From a bacterium (GTDB lineage Bacteria; Patescibacteriota; Minisyncoccia; Phycocordibacterales; Phycocordibacteraceae): a DNA stretch of 64,000 bases. This document shows positions 17,858-27,736 of this stretch, piece after piece. Below the pieces are notes generated by a model. The model did no database searches and was not told where the DNA came from. It saw only the letters and a program-made list of their open reading frames with translations. The stretch is taken from the NCBI GenBank assembly GCA_021849125.1, contig JAJZTG010000001.1, positions 96,422 to 160,421 on the forward strand. The letters run 5' to 3'. Each line of letters begins with the position of its first letter. Position 1 is the stretch's first letter. The translations under genes and the position numbers were made by a program.

Positions 17858-19509
17858 CGCGGAAGCCGCGCGAGACGGATCTGCTCGAATGAATACTTTC
17901 CGCCGAGCGCGCGGAAGACCGGCGTGAGGCGATCATTCGTGTCAGCGGCGAGCGCTTCGCGGATCTCATCCGCTGCATCGCGCGGAAGGAGATGAGCGTA
18001 GTCGGCATTTGCGAGCTTCCCTATCTCGGCGAGCTCCTCAAGATGCTTCACGATCGTCGAGGGCGTAAGGCCGCGCGCTTTCGCTGCCGCTTCGAGCGTC
18101 TTTGCGTCGCGCACGGCCTGCAGCGTTTCTGCGAGGCGTCCCGGCATCCCGGTCTCGCGCTTGTCCGGTGACGCCACCTCGCTCTCCTTCACCCAGGCAC
18201 CGCCCATCGCTTTTACGAACTTCTTTTGGAGCGCTTCGCGCTCCTCATCCTGCATGTCGGCAAACGTTTCCTGCACGGCGTCGCTTGCCGAACGGAAGTC
18301 GCGATCTTTCTTCAGGATCTCCGGGTGCACTTCGAGCGCTCGCTCGTTTAGCCCGAGGAGGTGCAGCCCCGAGAGCCGACGCACGCGACTGAGCGCCACG
18401 TACCCCTGCCCGTACTCGAACGCACGCGAGAGGTCGATGACCGCCGCGTCCATGCTCATGCCCTGGCTCTTGTGTACGGTCATCGCATAGGCGAGCCGAA
18501 GCGGCACCTGCGAGATGCTCGCCTTCACCTTTCCCTGCTCCTCAAGCTGCCACTCCATGGGCTCAGCCGTGACGCGGAATCCTTCCTTGGTCTCGACGAT
18601 GGGCAGCCCTTCGCTATCAAAGGCGATCACCGTACCGAGCGTACCGTTCACAAACTTCGCTTGCGGCGAATTCTTCGTGAACATCACACGCGCACCTTCT
18701 TTAAGCTCAAGTGACTCCGGCGAGAGACAGCCACGCTTCAATCCTTCGACGAGCGTATCCTTGCCTTTAGAATTCATGCGGAAAAGCATCGCCTTGCCGG
18801 GAAGCTTTTCGAGCGCGTCAGCATTGATACGATCGACGTCGGCATTGTGCGAGTAAAGCTTCGGCGCGTCTTCGGGCGGCGCTTCGGTTTTTACCCGGCG
18901 GAACGCGAGATGCTCCTCGTGCACGGCACCGACCGTACCCGTGCGGATTGCTGAGAGGACCTCGAGGAAATCCATGTCGTCCTGGCGATGCTGCTCGGTC
19001 AGGTAGCAGATGAGCGGGTTCAACTCGCGCCAGACGAGCGAAGCGTACGCGAACACGGCCTCTCCTTCACGCGAGATTGGCGGCAGCTGGAAGAAATCAC
19101 CCACGAGGATGACGGTGAGACCGCCGAACGGCCGCTCGCTCCGGCGCACTTCGCGACAAACCGCGTCAGCCATCTCAAGGGTCGCCGCCGAGAGCATCGA
19201 CACCTCTTCGATGATGAGCACTTTCGCCTTGTTGATGCGACGTGCAACGTGCTCTTTGGTGGCGATGCGGTCGATGTCGGCCGGAGAAAGTGACGAACTC
19301 ACGCCGATACCGCTCCAGGAGTGAAGCGTCATCCCGCCCACATGCGTCGCCGCGATGCCGGTCGCCGCGGTGATCGACGGCTCGATACCGGAAGCGCGCA
19401 ACCAATCGACGAAGGCGTTTACCGTATGCGTCTTGCCGCTTCCCGGCTCTCCGGTGAGAAAGACGTTCGCGCCGGTCTTGAGGACCGTGAGAGCTTCTCC
19501 TTGAGTCAT
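17854..19509 (-). CDS. SF1B ATP-dependent DNA helicase (RecD/Pif1-like) with a C-terminal helical extension
   Basis: Walker A LTGEPGSGKTH, Walker B LIIEEVSM and motif V TVHKSQGMS. The start is taken at MTQGEALTVL, which abuts the upstream ORF. Confidence 0.7.
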   Translation of the reverse strand: MTQGEALTVLKTGANVFLTGEPGSGKTHTVNAFVDWLRASGIEPSITAATGIAATHVGGMTLHSWSGIGVSSSLSPADIDRIATKEHVARRINKAKVLIIEEVSMLSAATLEMADAVCREVRRSERPFGGLTVILVGDFFQLPPISREGEAVFAYASLVWRELNPLICYLTEQHRQDDMDFLEVLSAIRTGTVGAVHEEHLAFRRVKTEAPPEDAPKLYSHNADVDRINADALEKLPGKAMLFRMNSKGKDTLVEGLKRGCLSPESLELKEGARVMFTKNSPQAKFVNGTLGTVIAFDSEGLPIVETKEGFRVTAEPMEWQLEEQGKVKASISQVPLRLAYAMTVHKSQGMSMDAAVIDLSRAFEYGQGYVALSRVRRLSGLHLLGLNERALEVHPEILKKDRDFRSASDAVQETFADMQDEEREALQKKFVKAMGGAWVKESEVASPDKRETGMPGRLAETLQAVRDAKTLEAAAKARGLTPSTIVKHLEELAEIGKLANADYAHLLPRDAADEIREALAADTNDRLTPVFRALGGKYSFEQIRLARLPR

Positions 19510-19994
19510 CCCCCGATTGTAGCAGCTCTCGAAAGCAGACGGACAGCAATGGCCGAAACGATGAACGCGAAGAGGAAGACGAGCATGCCGGTAAAGCAGG
19601 GGGTGGTCCATGGAGCTGCTCCGGGAGTGCAGCTCACCGAGGCACCGCCGATGAGCTTGTAGTACTGCATCGTCTCAAGCGTGACGACTGAAAGCGCGAA
19701 TACCGAACAGCCAGCGAGGAAATTGCGCAGATACCGCTCGCTGCGCGTGCTTGCGCTCTGCCAAAGCCGTACCGACCAGAAGACCGCGGCAACAAAGCCG
19801 AGTGAGCCGAAGAAACACGGCGTGAGAAACGGGTTCGGTACCGTACAACCCTCGATACGAAAGATGGTTCCATAGAGCGCGTTGAAATTCGCGAATTGCG
19901 AAAAGAGGTTCGTCCACGCGAACACCATCCCTCCGAAAAGAAGAGCTACCTGTAAGAAAAGAAGTGAGCGTATACGTGTGGTCATATCATTCAT
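19506..19994 (-). CDS. polytopic membrane protein with two conserved Cys pairs (DsbB/VKOR-like?)
   Basis: Four hydrophobic segments. C-x9-C and C-x10-C pairs sit in predicted loops (CTVPNPFLTPC and CTPGAAPWTTPC). Confidence 0.45.
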   Translation of the reverse strand: MNDMTTRIRSLLFLQVALLFGGMVFAWTNLFSQFANFNALYGTIFRIEGCTVPNPFLTPCFFGSLGFVAAVFWSVRLWQSASTRSERYLRNFLAGCSVFALSVVTLETMQYYKLIGGASVSCTPGAAPWTTPCFTGMLVFLFAFIVSAIAVRLLSRAATIGG

Positions 19995-21189
19995 ACCGCA
20001 ACGCGACCGCCGGCTCCTTACGGCTCGCCGCGCGTGCCGGTAGGAAGCCTGCCACGATGCCCGTGACGAAGGTGATGGTAAGGATCACGAAAAGCTGGAA
20101 GTAGTCGACGGTCGCAAAGCTGAAGAGACCCGGGAAACCAGAGCGTGCCGCCCCGAGACCGATAAGGAAACTGAGCCCGAGTCCGAAGAAGATGCCGAGC
20201 AGGCCTCCAAAGATCCCGATGATGCCTGACTCGATCAGGAAGAGCGAGAGGATCGCGTCCTCTGATGCGCCGACGGCCTTCATGATGCCGATCTGCTTGG
20301 TCCGCTCGAGTACCGACGTGTACATGGTGTTCATGATGCCGACCGCGCCGACCAGAAGCGAGACGAGCGCGATGATGACGAGCACGAGCTCGACGCCTTG
20401 TACGATATTGCCGACGATCTCGGTCGTCCGGCTCGGCGTAAGGATCGTGAACTCGGTGACCTCTTTCTGTTTCTCAAGCTCGAAACGGATCTGCCGCGCG
20501 ACGAGCTCGACGTTCTCTCCGGGAGCAACCTTCACGATAGCCGAGAGCACGCCGGGCGTCGTGCCAGAGATGAGGTGGAATACGTTCCAAGACATATAGA
20601 ATGAATTGTCGTCCGTCTGCTCGCCCATGCGCTCGAGGATACCCACGACACGGAACCGTTTCGACTGCAGGATGACCTCATCGCCGACCCGCACCCGATT
20701 CTTAAAGAGCTCATGGGCCGCCAAGTAGCCAAGCACTACTTCGTTCGCATCCCCGTCGACCGGCCAGCTGCCGTTCTCAAGTTTCGCGCCACGCGACTCC
20801 TCGAAGATCTTCTGCAGCCGATCGATACGGGAAGCATGGACGAAGACGCTCTTCTTCTCCCCTTTGAACTCGGCGTTCAAGGCCCCCGCATCGACCGGCA
20901 TCGACATCGCGACCCCTGGTATGCGCTCAAGGTCCATGATGTCGGCATAGGCGAACTTCTTCCCGCCGAAGAGGTCGGTCACGATGCTCGTTTCTTTGCC
21001 GGGTATCACGACGAGCAGATCGCTCCCGAACATCTGCAGCTGACGATTGATGACGTTCTGTATCCCACCCGAAAGTGCCAAGATCACGACCACGAGCATG
21101 ATGCCGAAGACGATGCCGACGATCGTGAGCCAGCTTCGAAGCGGGCGATAGCGGATCCCTTTGAACGTGAGGAGGAGGAAGTCTTTCAT
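19987..21189 (-). CDS. ABC transporter permease, MacB/FtsX family
   Basis: N-terminal TM helix, a large periplasmic domain and a C-terminal FtsX four-helix region. The start is at MKDFLLLTFKGIRY. Confidence 0.85.
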   Translation of the reverse strand: MKDFLLLTFKGIRYRPLRSWLTIVGIVFGIMLVVVILALSGGIQNVINRQLQMFGSDLLVVIPGKETSIVTDLFGGKKFAYADIMDLERIPGVAMSMPVDAGALNAEFKGEKKSVFVHASRIDRLQKIFEESRGAKLENGSWPVDGDANEVVLGYLAAHELFKNRVRVGDEVILQSKRFRVVGILERMGEQTDDNSFYMSWNVFHLISGTTPGVLSAIVKVAPGENVELVARQIRFELEKQKEVTEFTILTPSRTTEIVGNIVQGVELVLVIIALVSLLVGAVGIMNTMYTSVLERTKQIGIMKAVGASEDAILSLFLIESGIIGIFGGLLGIFFGLGLSFLIGLGAARSGFPGLFSFATVDYFQLFVILTITFVTGIVAGFLPARAASRKEPAVALRYE

Positions 21190-21190
21190 A

Positions 21191-22063
21191 TCATTCGGTA
21201 TAGGTCTCGACGTGTTCGAGGTACCCAGGGATCGTCTTCCCGTCCTTGAGCGTGATGACCTGGTCGGCGCGCTTCGCGATGTCAGCATCATGCGTCACGA
21301 TGATGAGCGTCCTCCCCTCCTCCCGATTGAGCTTGATGAGCATGTCGAGGATCTTGTCACCCGTGACCGAATCGAGGTTGCCGGTCGGCTCGTCGCCGAT
21401 GAGGATCTCCGGGTTGTTCGCGAGCGCACGCAAGAGCGCGACACGCTGCTGTTCACCACCCGAAAGCTCGGTGGGCCGGTGATCCATGCGCTTCCCGAGG
21501 CCGATATCGCCGAAGTGCTTCACGATACGCTCGCGCTTCATCCCGTTCTTCGTCATCGAGAAGATGAGCGGCAGGAGCACGTTGTCATAGGCCGTGAGCC
21601 ACGGGATGAGGTTGTACTGTTGGAAGACGAAGCCGAACTTCTTCGAACGCAGGAGCGCACGCTCGTCTTCCGAGAGCGCTGATACGTCCTTCCCCTCGAG
21701 CCGGATGAGGCCTTTCGTCGGCCGGTCGAGAAATCCGATCATGTTAAGGAGCGTGCTCTTACCCGAGCCGCTCGCGCCGATGATCACGGTAAAATCCCCG
21801 GGCCAGATATGGATATTGATCCCGCGCAAGACCTCGGTCGTCACGTCACCGTCATGGAAGACTTTCCAGACGTCATGGAGGTGGATCATCGGCTCCCCTT
21901 GGAACTTCTCGGGGTCGGTCTTGAAACGTGCCGCGCAGGTCTTGCTACAGAAAAAGAAGTTCTTCTTGGCGACGTGCTCTTCAAAGACCTTCGGGAGGTC
22001 CGTGAGATCCATTCCACATACCGGGTCGCGACGCTCTTGAGGTGTCTCGACCATAGGCATCAC
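21191..22063 (-). CDS. ABC transporter ATP-binding protein (MacB/LolD-like) with an N-terminal YHS/TRASH metal-binding domain
   Basis: GASGSGKST Walker A, LSGGEQQRVALLRAL signature and LIIVTHD motif. The N-terminal ~50 aa contain PVCGMDL...FFCSKTCAARFKTDPEKF, a YHS-type motif. Confidence 0.85.
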   Translation of the reverse strand: MMPMVETPQERRDPVCGMDLTDLPKVFEEHVAKKNFFFCSKTCAARFKTDPEKFQGEPMIHLHDVWKVFHDGDVTTEVLRGINIHIWPGDFTVIIGASGSGKSTLLNMIGFLDRPTKGLIRLEGKDVSALSEDERALLRSKKFGFVFQQYNLIPWLTAYDNVLLPLIFSMTKNGMKRERIVKHFGDIGLGKRMDHRPTELSGGEQQRVALLRALANNPEILIGDEPTGNLDSVTGDKILDMLIKLNREEGRTLIIVTHDADIAKRADQVITLKDGKTIPGYLEHVETYTE

Positions 22064-23631
22064 TCCGCCGAAACCACGACCGTTTGCCCTTCCGAAAGTC
22101 CGCTTGTCACTTCCGTGTAATCGCCATCGGTAATGCCGGTCGTGATATCGACCTTCTGTAGCGAGTCGTCCGAAACCGCTTTCGTAAGACCCGGAGAAAG
22201 CACCTTTACGTAGGTTATCTTACCGTCGGTGTAGAGTGCGAGATTCGGTACGCGCAACACGTCGTTTTTCTTCGTAGAGAGGATCGTGGCATCAGCGCTC
22301 ATGCCTGGACGGACGGGAGCGCCAGCAGGATCAAAGAAGATATTCACGCGGTAGTACTTATCCTCGGTCTTAAGGATCTCCTCTGTATCGACCGATACCA
22401 CTGTCCCCGAGAACTCGCGGTCCGGAAACGCGTCAAGCGTGACCCGTACAACATTGCCATCCGTCTCGCGCACCTTGCCGATCTCGAGTTCCGATACGTC
22501 GGCCTGGAGCTTGAAGCCGGTCGTGATGAGCGAGACCGCCGAGCTCCCCGGACGGAAGATCTCGCCGACTTCATATAAAATCTTGGAAATCTTCCCCGCC
22601 GAGGGCGCATAGAGTGTCGATTTCTCTATCTTCTCTTCCACGGCAGCAAGCTGCCCTTGCGCTTCTTGCACGCGTGCTTCGGCGATCGCGATGTCCTCAG
22701 GACGCGCCGGGGCACGCTCTGCCGCAAGCTCGTTCTCATAGAGCGTCACGTTCGCGACGGCGAGCTTGTATTTCTCCTCTGCCGTAAGAAGGTTCGCCGT
22801 CGCCGTGCTTATGTTCGTCCGCGCGGTCGAGAGATCCGTCTTGTACGCATCGATCGTGGCCTGCGAGATGCTCGCGTTTGCCGTGAGCGTATTGATGACG
22901 GGCGAAAGCGTATTCAGGAACGTCGAAACCTGCGCGGTGTTCGCTTTGGCTGCCCGCACGTAAAGCGCAAGATCGCTCGTCGGCACGAGCGAGAGAAGCG
23001 AGTCGCTCCAGGTAACGAGTACCGATTCGAGAGCGAGACGCTCTGCATTGAGGTCGGCCCGGACGCTGCTCCCTGCAGCGATGTCGCTACTCAGCATCGG
23101 GCTGCTCGTCCGGGGATTATCGAAATATTGATCCGTCTTCGCGCGTATCGCGTCGTCGGACTTGGTATAGGCATCCTTGATCTTATCGATGAGACCCCCT
23201 TTCGCCTCGCTCAGGCTCACCTGCGCCGAAGCGAGCTTCGACTCCGAGATGCTGATGTCTTCGGCCGTTGCTCCTGCTCGCAGTTTCGCGAGATCGCCTT
23301 CGCGCTGGGCGACGACAGCCTTAAGCTGCTTCGCTTCGATATCGAGATCGCGCGTCTCGAGCTTCATGAGACGTTGCCCGCTCCCGACCAGTTCGCCGTC
23401 GCGCGCGTAGACCGCCTGTACCGTGCCCGAAAATGGGAACTCGAGCGAGAATTCCTTTTGAGCGACCACTTCGCTTCGCACCTTTATCGCCTCCTGTATG
23501 TCTCCGCGTTCGACCGCGAAATAGAGAAACGGCTGCGGTGGCGCTTTCAGGTAGCGTTCATAGACCCAAAACGCAGTGAGTGCGACTCCGGCGACCACGA
23601 GCGCGAGGATGTAGTATGAAATTTTTCGCAT
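22060..23631 (-). CDS. HlyD-family periplasmic adaptor (membrane fusion protein)
   Basis: N-terminal TM anchor, a long coiled coil and beta-barrel/lipoyl-like segments. Its stop overlaps the ABC ATPase start. Confidence 0.8.
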   Translation of the reverse strand: MRKISYYILALVVAGVALTAFWVYERYLKAPPQPFLYFAVERGDIQEAIKVRSEVVAQKEFSLEFPFSGTVQAVYARDGELVGSGQRLMKLETRDLDIEAKQLKAVVAQREGDLAKLRAGATAEDISISESKLASAQVSLSEAKGGLIDKIKDAYTKSDDAIRAKTDQYFDNPRTSSPMLSSDIAAGSSVRADLNAERLALESVLVTWSDSLLSLVPTSDLALYVRAAKANTAQVSTFLNTLSPVINTLTANASISQATIDAYKTDLSTARTNISTATANLLTAEEKYKLAVANVTLYENELAAERAPARPEDIAIAEARVQEAQGQLAAVEEKIEKSTLYAPSAGKISKILYEVGEIFRPGSSAVSLITTGFKLQADVSELEIGKVRETDGNVVRVTLDAFPDREFSGTVVSVDTEEILKTEDKYYRVNIFFDPAGAPVRPGMSADATILSTKKNDVLRVPNLALYTDGKITYVKVLSPGLTKAVSDDSLQKVDITTGITDGDYTEVTSGLSEGQTVVVSAE

Positions 23632-23818
23632 AGGCTACTCACTTCATTGTAACGCTTCTGCGCCTCGAAAAAGCGCTTAATGAACAGGCTCCTATTTCTT
23701 TTTGTCCTTCTTCGGTTTCTTGACCTCCTTCTTGTCCCGATGATTTCCTTTCGCCATATAGGCAAAGTATACCAGCCGCTTAGCGTGCACGGCGACCGGA
23801 GCAGGTATACTGGAAGCC

Positions 23819-25480
23819 ATGACTATCGACGAACTGCAGAAAACGCTCGCGAACGCGATCAAGGGCGACGTGACTAGCAATACAGGAGACCGCACGAAAG
23901 CATCGCGCGACACCTCCCTCTTCACGCGCATGCCAGAGCTCGTCGCCTATCCTAAAGACCAGGACGACGTACGCACGCTCGTCGCCACGGTCGCACATGC
24001 AAAAGCGGACGGTATGCCCATCTCGCTTGCCGCACGCGCAGCCGGTACCGACATGTCTGGCGGACCGCTTACGACCGGTGTCGTCATCTCGTTCACCAAA
24101 TATATGAATCACATGGGCGAGGTGGGCGATGGACACGCAGTGACCGAACCGGGCGTCTACTATCGCGACTTCGAGAAAGCGACCCTGAAGGAAGGACTTA
24201 TCCTCCCTTCCTATCCCGCAAGCCGTGAGCTCGCGGCCATGGGCGGCATCGTCGCGAACAACTCGGGCGGCGAACGCACGCTCGAGTACGGCAAGACCGA
24301 GCGCTATGTCGAAGAGCTCGAGGTCGTGCTTGCGGACGGCTCGGGGGCGACGTTCGGCGCGCTCTCGCGATCCGAGCTCGAAGAGAAGAAGAAGCTCGAC
24401 ACTACCGAAGGACGCATCTACCGCGAGATGGACGCGCTCCTTGCCGAGAACGCGGAGCTCATCGAGGCTCATCGCCCGCAAGTCTCGAAGAATTCGGCCG
24501 GGTACGCGCTCTGGAGCGTTCGCGACAAGGCGACCGGCGTCTTCAATCTCGCGAAGCTCATCTGCGGCAGCCAAGGCACGCTTGCGCTCTGGACCAAAGC
24601 AAAGCTTGCGCTCGTCGCGCCCAAGCCTCGCCGCGCGATGCTCGTCATCTTCCTCTCCGATCTCGACGTCCTCCCTGAGATCGTCCGACGTGTCTTGCCG
24701 CACACACCGGAATCTTTCGAAAGTTATGACGACCACACCTTCTCGCTCGCGATCAAGTTCTTGCCAGAGATGCTCGGCCAGATGGGATTCTTCCGCGCGG
24801 TACGGCTCGGCCTGAGCTTCATCCCTGAAGTGTTCATGGCTGCGACTGGCGGCGTCCCGAAGATGATCCTCATGGCAGAATTTTCGGCAGACACGCTCGA
24901 CGAGGCTGATCGACGAGCGCGCGAAGCGAAACAAGCGCTCGCTGACCTGAACGTCCGTTCTAAGATCGAACGTGACGAGAAAGCATCGGAAAAATTCTGG
25001 ATCGTGCGCCGTGAAAGCTTTGCGCTTCTCCGTAAGAATCTCCACGGCATGTATGCCTCACCTTTTATCGATGACTTCGTCGTTCCGCCCGAGAGTTACC
25101 CCGAGTTCCTGCCGAAATTAAACGCGCTCCTTGCCGAGTACTCTTCGCACTTCATCTACACGATCGCGGGCCATATCGGAAATGGCAACTTCCACATCAT
25201 CCCGCTCATGGACCTATCGAAACCGGAAAGTCGTCAGGTCATCCTTGATCTCGCACCGAAGGTGTATGAACTCGTCATACAAGAAGGCGGGACGACGACC
25301 GGCGAACATAACGACGGCATCATCCGGACGCCGTACCTCCCGATGCTCTTCGGAGACGAGATGATGGCACTCTTTGCGAAGACCAAGATGATCTTCGATC
25401 CCGAGAATATCCTCAATCCGGGCAAGAAAGTCGGCGGCACCTTCGACGACATCAAGCGCGACATGATCACCTCGATCTGA
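23819..25480 (+). CDS. FAD-linked oxidase (GlcD / D-lactate dehydrogenase family)
   Basis: PCMH-type FAD-binding region (LAAMGGIVANNSGGERTLEYGKT) and a C-terminal FAD-oxidase domain. Confidence 0.85.
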   Translation: MTIDELQKTLANAIKGDVTSNTGDRTKASRDTSLFTRMPELVAYPKDQDDVRTLVATVAHAKADGMPISLAARAAGTDMSGGPLTTGVVISFTKYMNHMGEVGDGHAVTEPGVYYRDFEKATLKEGLILPSYPASRELAAMGGIVANNSGGERTLEYGKTERYVEELEVVLADGSGATFGALSRSELEEKKKLDTTEGRIYREMDALLAENAELIEAHRPQVSKNSAGYALWSVRDKATGVFNLAKLICGSQGTLALWTKAKLALVAPKPRRAMLVIFLSDLDVLPEIVRRVLPHTPESFESYDDHTFSLAIKFLPEMLGQMGFFRAVRLGLSFIPEVFMAATGGVPKMILMAEFSADTLDEADRRAREAKQALADLNVRSKIERDEKASEKFWIVRRESFALLRKNLHGMYASPFIDDFVVPPESYPEFLPKLNALLAEYSSHFIYTIAGHIGNGNFHIIPLMDLSKPESRQVILDLAPKVYELVIQEGGTTTGEHNDGIIRTPYLPMLFGDEMMALFAKTKMIFDPENILNPGKKVGGTFDDIKRDMITSI

Positions 25481-25631
25481 TAATTCTGTCGTACGCGCGG
25501 TTATCCCCAGACCTCTTGCGATAATTCATATTTTCTGGCATACTGCAATTACTCGCAGTATCCGAGCTCCGCTCCGCTCCAAAAGACGGCACGTGCTAAG
25601 TTTCGGCGAGATTAACCGGTTAGATCTACAC

Positions 25632-25973
25632 ATGGATTCACAGCAAGCATCAGTTCAGGGAAACAAGCTTTACGTAGGCGGTATTCCCTATCGCTCGACA
25701 GAAGACGATCTCAAGAAGGCCTTTAGCGAGGCTGGTAATGTCGTTTCTGCAAGCATCATCAGCGACCGTATGACGGGCCGCTCGCGCGGCTTCGGCTTCG
25801 TCGAGATGGCTACCGAGGCGGAAGCTCAGGCAGCTATCGACCGCTGGGACGGCAAGGATCTCGATGGACGCACGCTCTCGGTCTCCTTCGCACGCCCGCA
25901 GGGTGATCGTCCTCCGCGCCGCGAAGGCGGTTTCGGCGGCGGCGATCGCGGCGGCTTCAGCCGCGGCTACTAA
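25632..25973 (+). CDS. RRM-type RNA-binding protein with an RGG tail
   Basis: RNP-2 KLYVGGIPY and RNP-1 RGFGFVEM, with a C-terminal GGFGGGDRGGFSRGY tail. Confidence 0.85.
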   Translation: MDSQQASVQGNKLYVGGIPYRSTEDDLKKAFSEAGNVVSASIISDRMTGRSRGFGFVEMATEAEAQAAIDRWDGKDLDGRTLSVSFARPQGDRPPRREGGFGGGDRGGFSRGY

Positions 25974-25983
25974 GCCGAACGAG

Positions 25984-26020
25984 AAAATCGCCCGCGCTTT
26001 TGCGCGGGCGATTTTCTTTT
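25984..26020 (+). terminator. rho-independent terminator
   Basis: aaaatcgcccgcgc-tttt-gcgcgggcgatttt followed by cttttat. Confidence 0.7.
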
Positions 26021-26036
26021 ATGCTAGCTTCTACTC

Positions 26037-26840
26037 ATGACCCGAGACGAGACTTGGCTCCTCGACGAGAAATACGAAGGCGATGCTTCCGCACCAGGCT
26101 TCGCCGCTGACTGCGCACGCCTCGCAAAAGGCGAGCCTCTGGCCTATGTGATCGGTTCACAACCGTTCCTCGGTCTCACCATCCATCTCGACTCGCACCC
26201 CTTGATCCCACGCGTAGAAACCGAGTGGTGGGTGGAACAACTTCTCGAAAAAGCGAGTGACACGATTTCGGAGACTTTGCGCAGTGCGACGACGCGAGCA
26301 GGAGGAAATTCCGTGCTCCGAAATCGTGTCACTCGCGAACCTCTTGGTTTTCTCGACCTCTGTGCCGGCTCGGGCGCCATCGGCTGCGCGCTCCTCGCGC
26401 GACTGTCCGAGGCGCATGTCTCCTTCGGCGAGATCGACCCGTCCCACGAAGCGACTATTTTGAAAAACATCCGCGAGAACGGCCTCGACGAATCCCGCGC
26501 CGCCGTGCGCATCGGCGATCTCTTCGCACCCTTTGCCGGCCTGCGCTTCGATGTCATCGCGGCGAACCCGCCCTATATCCCGAGCGGCCGCGCGCTCGAT
26601 GCGAGCGTCGCTGAGCACGAGCCGGGCCTCGCCCTCTTTGCCGAAGAAGACGGCCTCGCACTCATCCGCCGGCTCGCCGCAAAGCTCGCCGACCACCTCG
26701 CTCCGGGCGGAGAGGCCTGGGTCGAGGTCGACAGCGAGCACGCGCAAGCAGCCGCCGACCTTTTCAAGGCACGCGGACTCTCAGTCGGGATACACACTGA
26801 CCAATACGGTCGCCCCCGTGTATTGCTAATCACTTCTTAG
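26037..26840 (+). CDS. prmC: release-factor glutamine N5-methyltransferase
   Basis: NPPYIPSG motif and SAM-binding DLCAGSGAIG, in the HemK-family arrangement. Confidence 0.85.
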   Translation: MTRDETWLLDEKYEGDASAPGFAADCARLAKGEPLAYVIGSQPFLGLTIHLDSHPLIPRVETEWWVEQLLEKASDTISETLRSATTRAGGNSVLRNRVTREPLGFLDLCAGSGAIGCALLARLSEAHVSFGEIDPSHEATILKNIRENGLDESRAAVRIGDLFAPFAGLRFDVIAANPPYIPSGRALDASVAEHEPGLALFAEEDGLALIRRLAAKLADHLAPGGEAWVEVDSEHAQAAADLFKARGLSVGIHTDQYGRPRVLLITS

Positions 26841-26843
26841 CAA

Positions 26844-27362
26844 TCAGGAGGGTTCCGGCTCGTCGTAAGTACAGAGGAAATCTGTCGCGACCATTGGCTG
26901 GAATTTTCCGCTTATCGTATCTATCTTCCATACTCTGGTTGGCACAATGTTCACAGAAGTGGTGTTGTAATACTCTTCGGTATTTACAAGCGCCACGACA
27001 GAAGACTCCGGGGGCCCGTCGTAGGTATTCTTTTCTTTATACCTGCATTTATACCAAATGAGCGTCAAGCCACTATTAGCGGGAGGTTCGCTGACGGTGT
27101 CAATTATTGTCCTTATGATATTTCCATCATTACTCACAGATGAGCGCACGGACCAAGCTTCTTGTATGTTATTTTCCCGAACAATAAATAAATCATAATT
27201 TTCATTTGCGCGTGTACTCCCAATATTCGTCACGCCTTTTAATTCTTCAGTAAACGTAAAGGTCGTTCCAATCCATTTTGACCGCGGCGTAGCCGTATGC
27301 CAATACATTGCTGCTCCAATCAACACGATCGCGATAAACGCAAAAAGGAGTGTTTTATTCAT
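26844..27362 (-). CDS. hypothetical secreted protein (lower GC)
   Basis: N-terminal signal/TM sequence MNKTLLFAFIAIVLIGAAM, with no motifs I can recognise. Confidence 0.45.
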   Translation of the reverse strand: MNKTLLFAFIAIVLIGAAMYWHTATPRSKWIGTTFTFTEELKGVTNIGSTRANENYDLFIVRENNIQEAWSVRSSVSNDGNIIRTIIDTVSEPPANSGLTLIWYKCRYKEKNTYDGPPESSVVALVNTEEYYNTTSVNIVPTRVWKIDTISGKFQPMVATDFLCTYDEPEPS

Positions 27363-27451
27363 GGTTCGAATTATATTTTATATTAAATAATTATACACTA
27401 TTCGTCATTCGTCGATACGACCACGCGTAAATTTACTGTATCCTATAGAGA

Positions 27452-27736
27452 ATGACCGACCAGCCGCTCCGCCCCTTCTCGCCGCCGAGCGAGGTCTTCG
27501 CGCAGCTGCACCTGCCGGGTGCTATCTCGGCGGGTGCCGTGACGACTTGGGCGCTCTACGCCGTCTTTGCCTTCTGGGCGATCTATACGCTCGTCGCGAT
27601 CTACCATTGGCTCAAATATTCCCACGCCTCGTGGGTCGCGTTCCCCGCTATCGCCCTGCATCTTTTCATATCGATAGCGCTCATGTCCTACACGCTCTCC
27701 GGCAACGCGTTCTTCCTCACTGCCTATCTGCCATGA
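27452..27736 (+). CDS. small membrane protein
   Basis: 94 aa with two or three hydrophobic helices. Its stop overlaps the next start (ATGA). Confidence 0.45.
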   Translation: MTDQPLRPFSPPSEVFAQLHLPGAISAGAVTTWALYAVFAFWAIYTLVAIYHWLKYSHASWVAFPAIALHLFISIALMSYTLSGNAFFLTAYLP

